Below, piece by piece: positions 57,907 through 64,000 of a stretch of 64,000 nucleotides of DNA. The notes under the pieces are model-generated. The model did no database searches, was not told where the DNA came from, and saw nothing but the letters and a program-made list of their open reading frames with translations. The stretch spans positions 423,682 through 487,681 of the forward strand of contig CAVTGC010000006.1 of NCBI GenBank assembly GCA_963734175.1, given 5' to 3'. The translations under genes were made by a program, and so were the position numbers. Position 1 is the stretch's first letter; every line of letters starts with the position of its first letter. The DNA comes from an uncultured Candidatus Rokubacteria bacterium. Its GTDB lineage: Bacteria > Methylomirabilota > Methylomirabilia > Rokubacteriales > CSP1-6.

Positions 57907-59415
57907 ATGGCGTTCACGGACCTGCGCGAGTTCGTCGCGCGCCTGGAGCAGCAGGGTCGGCTGCGCCGCATCGGCGCGCCCGTCTCGCGCGACCTCGAGA
58001 TCACCGAGATCGTCGACCGCGTGTCGAAGTCTGCCGGCGCGGCCAACGTCGCCCTGCTCTTCGAGCGGGTCGACGGCAGCGACCTTCCCGTGCTCGTCAA
58101 CGCCTTCGGCGCCGAGGATCGCATGGCGGTGGCGCTCGGCGTCGACCGGCTCGACGAGCTGGGCGAGCGCGTGGCCAAGCTCCTCGACGCGCGGCTGCCC
58201 GGCACCTTCGGCGAACGCCTGCGCAAGCTGGGCACGCTGATCGACGTCGCCCGGGCGGCGCCGCGCCGCGTGGAGTCCGCACCCTGCCAGGAGGTCGTCG
58301 AGACCACGTCGCCGTCGCTGGCCGGGCTGCCGATCCTCCAATGCTGGCCGGGCGACGGCGGCCGCTACATCACGCTGCCGGGCGTGTTCTCCCGCGATCC
58401 CGTCACCGGCTCCCGCAACGTCGGCATGTATCGCCTGCAAGTCTTCGACGACCAGACGCTCGGCATGCACTGGCAGACGCACAAGGGCGGCGCCGAGCAT
58501 CAGCGGCGCGCGATGGAGCCACCCACTGCCTCGAACAGGCCACCCACGTCGCGAGCCGGGCAAGCGGGCCCCGCTACAACAATCCGCATGCCCATCGCCA
58601 TCGCGCTGGGCGGCGATCCCGCGATGATCTACGCGGCGTCGGCGCCGCTGCCCCCCGGCATCGACGAGGTCGTCTTCGCCGGCTGGCTACGCGGCGCCGG
58701 CGTGGAGATGGTGCGCTGCCGCACCAACGATCTCGAGGTGCCGGCCCAGGCCGAGATCGTGCTGGAGGGCTGGGTCGACCCGCGCGAGCAGCGGCTCGAG
58801 GGCCCGTTCGGCGATCACACCGGCTACTACTCGCTGGCCCGCGACTATCCCGTGTTCCACCTCACGGCGGTCACCCGCCGCGCGCGGGCCATCTATCCGA
58901 CGACCATCGTCGGCCGCCCGCCCCAGGAAGACTACTGGCTGGGCAAGGCCACCGAGCGGATCTTCCTGCCGATCATGCGCCTGATGCTGCCCGAGATCGT
59001 CGACGTCAACATGCCGGCCGAGGGCGTGTTCCACAACCTGGTCATCGTCTCGATCCGCAAGCGGTATCCGGGCCACGCGCGCAAGGTCATGCAGGCGCTG
59101 TGGGGCATGGGCCTGATGATGCTCGCCAAGACCATCGTCGTCGTGAGCGAGCACGTCAACGTCCACGACCTCTCGGAGGTCGCCTGGCGGGCTACCGGCA
59201 ACATCGACCCCCGGCGCGATCTCGTGATTCTCGAGGGGCCGATGGACGACCTCGACCACGCCGCGCTCCGCCACCGCTTCGGCGGCAAGCTCGGCGTGGA
59301 CGCAACGGAGAAGGGCCCGCTCGACGACATCACCCAGGCGTGGCCGGACGAGATCCGGATGAGCGAGGAGATCCGCGAGCGCGTCACCCGCCGCTGGAAG
59401 GACTACGGGCTCTGA
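57907..59415 (+). CDS. mqnL: UbiD-family menaquinone biosynthesis decarboxylase
   Basis: NVGMYRLQ, EGPFGDHTGYY, GRPPQED, LDHA, GKLGVDAT. Confidence 0.9.
   Translation: MAFTDLREFVARLEQQGRLRRIGAPVSRDLEITEIVDRVSKSAGAANVALLFERVDGSDLPVLVNAFGAEDRMAVALGVDRLDELGERVAKLLDARLPGTFGERLRKLGTLIDVARAAPRRVESAPCQEVVETTSPSLAGLPILQCWPGDGGRYITLPGVFSRDPVTGSRNVGMYRLQVFDDQTLGMHWQTHKGGAEHQRRAMEPPTASNRPPTSRAGQAGPATTIRMPIAIALGGDPAMIYAASAPLPPGIDEVVFAGWLRGAGVEMVRCRTNDLEVPAQAEIVLEGWVDPREQRLEGPFGDHTGYYSLARDYPVFHLTAVTRRARAIYPTTIVGRPPQEDYWLGKATERIFLPIMRLMLPEIVDVNMPAEGVFHNLVIVSIRKRYPGHARKVMQALWGMGLMMLAKTIVVVSEHVNVHDLSEVAWRATGNIDPRRDLVILEGPMDDLDHAALRHRFGGKLGVDATEKGPLDDITQAWPDEIRMSEEIRERVTRRWKDYGL
58551..58577 (-). repeat. GTAG-type REP-like hairpin inside the UbiD gene
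   Basis: Minus strand reads GTAG-cggggcccg-cttgc-ccggctcgc. Confidence 0.5.
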
Positions 59416-60260
59416 GCAAGCTCGGGCACCTGCTCGACGCCATCAAGTTCGAGCACACGGTCTTCGCGCTCCCGTTCGCCTACATCGCGATGCTCCTGGC
59501 CGCCGGCGGCTGGCCGGGCGCCTGGACCGTCGGCTGGGTCACCGCCGCCATGGTCGGGGCCCGCACGTGCGCGATGGCGACCAACCGCGTGGTCGATCGC
59601 TGGATCGACGCCCGCAATCCGCGCACGGCCGGCCGTCACCTGCCCCGCGGCGTGCTCGGCGTGTGGGAGTTGCGGATACTCGCGGCCGCCGGCGCGGCGT
59701 TGATGCTGGTGGCCGCCGCCCTGCTGAACCCGCTGTGCCTGGCGCTGGCCCCGCTCGCGCTCGTCTTCCTGATCGGCTACTCCTACACCAAGCGCTTCAC
59801 GTGGGCCTCGCACTGGATCCTGGGCTTCACCGACGGCATCGCCGCCGCCGGCGGCTGGATCGCGGTGCGCGGCGCCTTCGAGCCTCCGGCCTTCGTGCTG
59901 TGGTTTGCGCTCACCGTGTGGATCGCCGGCTTCGACCTCATCTACGCCTGCCAGGACGTCGAGATCGATCGCGCCCAACGGCTGCACTCGGTGCCCGCGC
60001 GCTTCGGCATCGCCGCCGCCCTGAGGCTGGCCCGCATCAACCACGCGCTGACGGCGGGCGCCCTGGCCTGGCTCGGCGTCATGATGGGGCTCGGCGTCTT
60101 CTACTGGGTGGGCTGGGTGGCGGTGGTGGGGCTGCTCGTCTACGAGCACTCGCTGGTGCGGCCGGGCGATCTCTCGCGGCTGGACATGGCGTTCTTCAAC
60201 GTCAACGGCTACATCGCGGTGATCGTGCTCGTCGCCGTCGTGACCGGGTTGTGGCGGTGA
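59412..60260 (+). CDS. mqnP: UbiA-family prenyltransferase (probable CTG start)
   Basis: IKFEHTVFALPFAY, NRVVDRWID.RNPRT..R, YSYTKRF, GFDLIYACQD, AFFNVNG. Confidence 0.88.
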   Translation: MSKLGHLLDAIKFEHTVFALPFAYIAMLLAAGGWPGAWTVGWVTAAMVGARTCAMATNRVVDRWIDARNPRTAGRHLPRGVLGVWELRILAAAGAALMLVAAALLNPLCLALAPLALVFLIGYSYTKRFTWASHWILGFTDGIAAAGGWIAVRGAFEPPAFVLWFALTVWIAGFDLIYACQDVEIDRAQRLHSVPARFGIAAALRLARINHALTAGALAWLGVMMGLGVFYWVGWVAVVGLLVYEHSLVRPGDLSRLDMAFFNVNGYIAVIVLVAVVTGLWR

Positions 60261-60261
60261 G

Positions 60262-60954
60262 ATGACCAAGGCCGAGGCCGTGCGCGCGATGTTCACTCGC
60301 ATCGCCGGGCGCTACGACCTCATGAACTCCGTGATGACCGGCGGCCGCCATCACTCCTGGCGCCGCCTCACGGCCCGGGCGGTCGCCGGCGCCCCCGCCG
60401 GGCTGGCCCTCGACCTGGCCACCGGCACCGGCGACCTCGCGCTGGCGGTGCGGGCCGCCGCGCCGGGCCGGGTGGTGGTCGGCGCCGACTTCTCGGAGGC
60501 GATGCTGCGCCACGCGCGGGGCAAGCTGGCCGCGCGCGGCGAGCGGGGCGTGCCGCTGCTCGCCGCCGACGCGCTGGCGCTGCCCTTCGGCGACACGACC
60601 TTCGCCTGCGTGACCTCCGCCTTCCTGCTCCGCAACCTGGCCGACCTCGCCGCCGGGCTGACCGAGATGCGGCGAGTGACAGTGCCGGGCGGGCTGGTGG
60701 CAGCGCTGGAGATCACGCGGCCGGGCGTACGGGGCTGGGATGCGGTCTTCGGCGTCTACTTCAATCGCGTCGTGCCGCTCATCGGCGCTGCCGTCGCCGG
60801 CGATCGCGCCGCCTACACGTACCTGCCGCAGTCAGTCGAGCGCTTCGTCACGCCCGCGCAGCTGGCTCAGCTCATGCGACAGGCAGGGCTGCGCGACGTC
60901 CGCTACCACCGGCTCGGCCTCGGCACGATCGCCCTGCACGTCGGCACCGCCTGA
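60262..60954 (+). CDS. menG: UbiE/MenG methyltransferase
   Basis: MF..IA.RYDLMN, LDLATGTGD, AYTYLPQSV. Confidence 0.9.
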   Translation: MTKAEAVRAMFTRIAGRYDLMNSVMTGGRHHSWRRLTARAVAGAPAGLALDLATGTGDLALAVRAAAPGRVVVGADFSEAMLRHARGKLAARGERGVPLLAADALALPFGDTTFACVTSAFLLRNLADLAAGLTEMRRVTVPGGLVAALEITRPGVRGWDAVFGVYFNRVVPLIGAAVAGDRAAYTYLPQSVERFVTPAQLAQLMRQAGLRDVRYHRLGLGTIALHVGTA

Positions 60955-61018
60955 CGCGCCGCGCGAGGAGGCCGGTGGTAAGCTGCCGCCTGCCCAGTCA
61001 GCGAGGGGGGAGGCCATC

Positions 61019-62158
61019 ATGAGACGTGCAGCGCTGCTCGCCGGAGGGCTGCTACTCACCTTCACGGGGTGCGCGGCCGCGCCCGTCTCCAACGGCGCCG
61101 CCCTCGTTGCCCCGGACCGAATGGAGCCAGTCGTGAAACAGACGTGGACCACGCGCGACTTCCCGCTCGAGAGCGGCGTCGTGCTGCCCGAGCTCACGCT
61201 CGCCTACGAGAGCTACGGCCGCCTGGCCGCCGACGGACGCAACGCCATCCTCGTCACCCACGGCTTCACGTCCAGCCAGCACGCCGCCGGCAAGTACTCC
61301 CCCACCGACGAGGCGGCCGGCTGGTGGGATGGGCTGATCGGTCCCGGCAAGGCGATCGACACCAACCGCTACTACGTGGTCGCCTCCAACATGCTCGGCT
61401 CCTCCTACGGCTCCACCGCGCCGGCCAGCATCAACCCCAAGACCGGTCGCCGCTACGGCCCCGACTTCCCGGACATCACCCTGCGCGACATGGTCGCCGC
61501 CCAGAAGGCCATGCTGGACGCGCTCGGCGTCAAGCATCTCGTCGCCGTCGCCGGCCCCTCGTTCGGCGGCTACCAGGCCTTCCAGTGGGCGGTGACGTAC
61601 CCGGACGCCATGCGGGGAGTCGTGGCGGTGGTGACGGCGCCCAAGGGCGGCGGCGGCCCCGACGCCGTCGAGACGCTGCGCAAGCGCCTGGCCGCCCAGC
61701 CGTCGTGGAACGGTGGGTGGCACTACGACCAGGGCGGCGTCGTCGAGACGATGACGGCCATTCGCGTGGAGACGCTGCAGCGCTACGGCACCAACGAGGT
61801 GCTGGCGCGCACGATCGCCGATCCGGCCGCCCGTGACGCCGAGCTGCGGCGGCAGGCGGCCGCGTGGGCCAAGGATTTCGATCCGAACTCGCTCGTCACC
61901 CTGCGCAAGGCCTCCGTGCGCTTCGACGCCGAGCGCGACCTCGCCCGCATCAAGGCCAAGCTGCTCTACGTGCTGTCCCGCACCGACAAGCTCTTCCCGC
62001 CCTCGATCGCCCCCGGCGTGATGGACAAGCTGGCCAAGGCCGGCGTACAGGCCTCGTACGTCGAGATCGACAGCGACCTCGGCCACGTGGCCAGCGGTCC
62101 CGAGTGGGCCAAGTGGGGTCCGCAGCTGCAGGGCTTCCTGGAGGGGCTGGACCGCTAG
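61019..62158 (+). CDS. MetX-like alpha/beta hydrolase, predicted lipoprotein
   Basis: Lipobox FTGC; GWWDGLIGPGKAIDT, GPSFGG, D.LFPP, GH. Confidence 0.85.
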   Translation: MRRAALLAGGLLLTFTGCAAAPVSNGAALVAPDRMEPVVKQTWTTRDFPLESGVVLPELTLAYESYGRLAADGRNAILVTHGFTSSQHAAGKYSPTDEAAGWWDGLIGPGKAIDTNRYYVVASNMLGSSYGSTAPASINPKTGRRYGPDFPDITLRDMVAAQKAMLDALGVKHLVAVAGPSFGGYQAFQWAVTYPDAMRGVVAVVTAPKGGGGPDAVETLRKRLAAQPSWNGGWHYDQGGVVETMTAIRVETLQRYGTNEVLARTIADPAARDAELRRQAAAWAKDFDPNSLVTLRKASVRFDAERDLARIKAKLLYVLSRTDKLFPPSIAPGVMDKLAKAGVQASYVEIDSDLGHVASGPEWAKWGPQLQGFLEGLDR

Positions 62159-62176
62159 GGCGAGGCCGATCCCATC

Positions 62177-62509
62177 GTGGCCCGCCCTGCCCTGTTCGTC
62201 GTCAAGGCCACCATCGCGCCCGAGCGGGAGGCCGCGTTCAACACGTGGTACGACACCGTCCGCTCGGCCGAGGCCGCCCGCGTGCCCGGCTGCATCGGCA
62301 TGCGCCGCTACGCCGCCGTGCCGCTCGAGAGCGCTCACGCCGGCGACGAGCCATGGCAGTACATGGTCTGCTACGAGTTCGAGTCAGAGGATGCGATGCA
62401 GGCCTTCGCCAGCTCGGACACCCTGCGCGCGATGACGATCGACTACAACGCCCGCTTCGGCGACGCCGGCAACCGCGCCCGCTTCGCCTACCGCCAGATC
62501 TTCCCCTAG
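62177..62509 (+). CDS. EthD/dimeric alpha-beta barrel-like protein
   Basis: E.AFNTWYD..VPG..RRY..Y..YEFES. Confidence 0.7.
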   Translation: MARPALFVVKATIAPEREAAFNTWYDTVRSAEAARVPGCIGMRRYAAVPLESAHAGDEPWQYMVCYEFESEDAMQAFASSDTLRAMTIDYNARFGDAGNRARFAYRQIFP

Positions 62510-62511
62510 CG

Positions 62512-62645
62512 CCCTCGGAGGGGGGCTCCGCCCCCCTTCCGACGGTCGTCGCGCGGCTCACGCCGCGCTCCTCCCTGCCTCCCCGCGAACCAGGATTGCG
62601 CCGGCCAAGCCGGCGCTCGAAGCGCCCGACAGCGCCCGGCGCCGC
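62512..62645. repeat. Intergenic multi-hairpin REP-like element between convergent genes
   Basis: cggaggggggc-tcc-gccccccttccg and gcgccggc-caa-gccggcgc hairpins. Confidence 0.6.
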
Positions 62646-63488
62646 CTAGAGACCAGGAAGGAAGTCGTTCAGGGCGGCGGCGAAGGGGGCGGGGGCGTCG
62701 AGGGTCAGGTGGTGGTAGGCGTTGGGGATGGTGACCATCGAGGCGTTTGGGATCGAGGTGCGGAGGCGCTCGGCCATCTCCATGGGGAGGATCGGTGAGA
62801 GGCCGCCGCGGACGATGAGGGTCGGCGCGGTGATCTTGCCCAGCAACGGCCAGGCGTCGACCGGCTGGCGGGCGCCGTGCGTGGCCGGATCGAAGCGCCA
62901 GCCCCAGCCCCCGTTGCGACGGGTGAGTCCCGCGCGGGCCACGTGAGCCAGGAGGGCGGGGTCGGCCACCGTCTCCCGGGGTAGCAGCCGGAACGAGGCG
63001 ACGGCGGCGTCCTGGCTCGGGTGCACACGCGGCAACCGGCGGCCGCGGGCGTGCATGAACTCCAGCCGTTCGGCCGGGATGACCGGCCGTGAATCGACGA
63101 TGACGAGGGCGGCGACCCGCTCCGGATGCCACGCGGCGAAGGTCATCGCGTTGTGGCCCCCCATCGAATGGCCGACGACGCGCATGCGCTCCCAGCCCAT
63201 GGTGTCCATCAGCCCGACCAGGTCGGCGACGAAATCCTCGGTGCCGTAGGCCGGCGGATCCACCCACTGGCTCTCGCCATGACCGCGCTGGTCGAGCGAG
63301 ACCACGTGGAAACGGTCGGCGAGCGCCGGCGTCACCGCGTCGAACCAGTGCGCATGGGCCGCGCCGCCGTGCAGGAAGCACAGACCGGGCGCGCCCGGTC
63401 GACCCGACTCGAGAAAGTGCAAGCGCAGACCGTTGATTGTCTCGACGCGCGGACGCGCGCCCTCGCAGCCGAGCGAAGAAGAGGTCAT
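62646..63488 (-). CDS. Alpha/beta hydrolase
   Basis: HGG, DQRGHG, GHSMGG, C-terminal HH. Confidence 0.92.
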   Translation of the reverse strand: MTSSSLGCEGARPRVETINGLRLHFLESGRPGAPGLCFLHGGAAHAHWFDAVTPALADRFHVVSLDQRGHGESQWVDPPAYGTEDFVADLVGLMDTMGWERMRVVGHSMGGHNAMTFAAWHPERVAALVIVDSRPVIPAERLEFMHARGRRLPRVHPSQDAAVASFRLLPRETVADPALLAHVARAGLTRRNGGWGWRFDPATHGARQPVDAWPLLGKITAPTLIVRGGLSPILPMEMAERLRTSIPNASMVTIPNAYHHLTLDAPAPFAAALNDFLPGL

Positions 63489-63552
63489 GAAGGCGATTGT
63501 ACAAAATTTTGCTTTGTGCGATTTTAACGAGCCGCTATTGTCGAAAAAAGCA

Positions 63553-64000
63553 ATGCACGAGGAGACTCCTCCCCGCGATAGTCGCCGCCACCTGCTCGAC
63601 GGTGGCTACACCGTGTTCCTCCTCACCCTCGCGGTCGTCACCGGTTACATCGTCCTGGCACCGTCCACCTCGCGCGCCCGGCCGGTGCCACAGGTTGCCA
63701 CCGTTGGTGCCGTCGTGACCCCGGCGCCCGTGACGGCGACGGCTCCGGTGACCCCGGTCGTCGCCTCCACGCCCGTCACACCGGCCGCGCCGGCCAAGCC
63801 GGTGGAACCGCCGGTCGCGACCGCGCTGGCCACGCCGCCGACCCCCGAGCCCGCCCGCCCTCGGCCGGAGGCCCGGCCGCCGGCCCCGGAGCCGCCGCGG
63901 GTGGTCAAGCCGGAGCCGGCTCCCGAGTTCCCGTGGCCCTCGCCGACGGTGAGCGGACGGGTGCTCGACGCCGAGCGTAAGCCGCTGGCCGGCGCCTCGG
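63553..64000 (+). CDS. Membrane-anchored Pro/Thr-rich protein with a carboxypeptidase-regulatory-like domain (partial)
   Basis: Open frame from ATG 63553: TM, PT/PA linker, VSGRVLD..PLAGA. Confidence 0.7.
   Translation, partial: MHEETPPRDSRRHLLDGGYTVFLLTLAVVTGYIVLAPSTSRARPVPQVATVGAVVTPAPVTATAPVTPVVASTPVTPAAPAKPVEPPVATALATPPTPEPARPRPEARPPAPEPPRVVKPEPAPEFPWPSPTVSGRVLDAERKPLAGAS

Noticed and set aside
63700-63930. Short repetitive ccg/acc tracts
   Set aside because: Explained by a Pro/Thr/Ala-rich linker in a coding region.
1-64000. CRISPR array, rRNA, retron/DGR reverse transcriptase
   Set aside because: No regularly spaced repeats, cas genes, rRNA or RT motifs were seen.

Overview
High-GC bacterial window. 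Gene families suggest Candidatus Rokubacteria/Methylomirabilota, but this is inference only. There are three blocks. (1) 1-23.8 kb: a low-oxygen/stress cluster with four sigma54 (-24/-12) promoters. It encodes five universal stress proteins, three CBS proteins, an APH-like kinase, a tandem APS-kinase-like protein, phosphoketolase, ADP-forming acyl-CoA ligase, cytochrome c, a FixL-like PAS kinase, a ba3-type oxidase (cbaDBA, including a 37-aa subunit missing from the ORF track), BirA and NrfHA with a CxxCH active-site variant. (2) About 24.1-52.4 kb: a composite island downstream of tRNA-Glu(CTC). Its left part holds a ~155-bp unit bounded by inverted tRNA-Glu 3' ends, an integron-integrase fragment, an IS3 with an extra inverted end, and a translationally coupled operon of a secreted HExxH metalloprotease plus four unknown exported/membrane proteins. 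Its right part is a ~19-kb phage-like element with a decayed tRNA att, integrase, prim-pol, RepA-like helicase, terminase and protease-like gene, but no recognisable portal, capsid or tail. That element carries orphan substrate-binding proteins, a minimal DNA ligase and a toxin-antitoxin pair. (3) 52.3-64 kb: core genes (tRNA-Glu, tRNA-Gln, HU, a large multi-GAF kinase, futalosine-type menaquinone genes, hydrolases). Many single-base frameshifts in otherwise intact genes suggest sequencing indels. All product calls come from motif recognition by eye, with no database searches.
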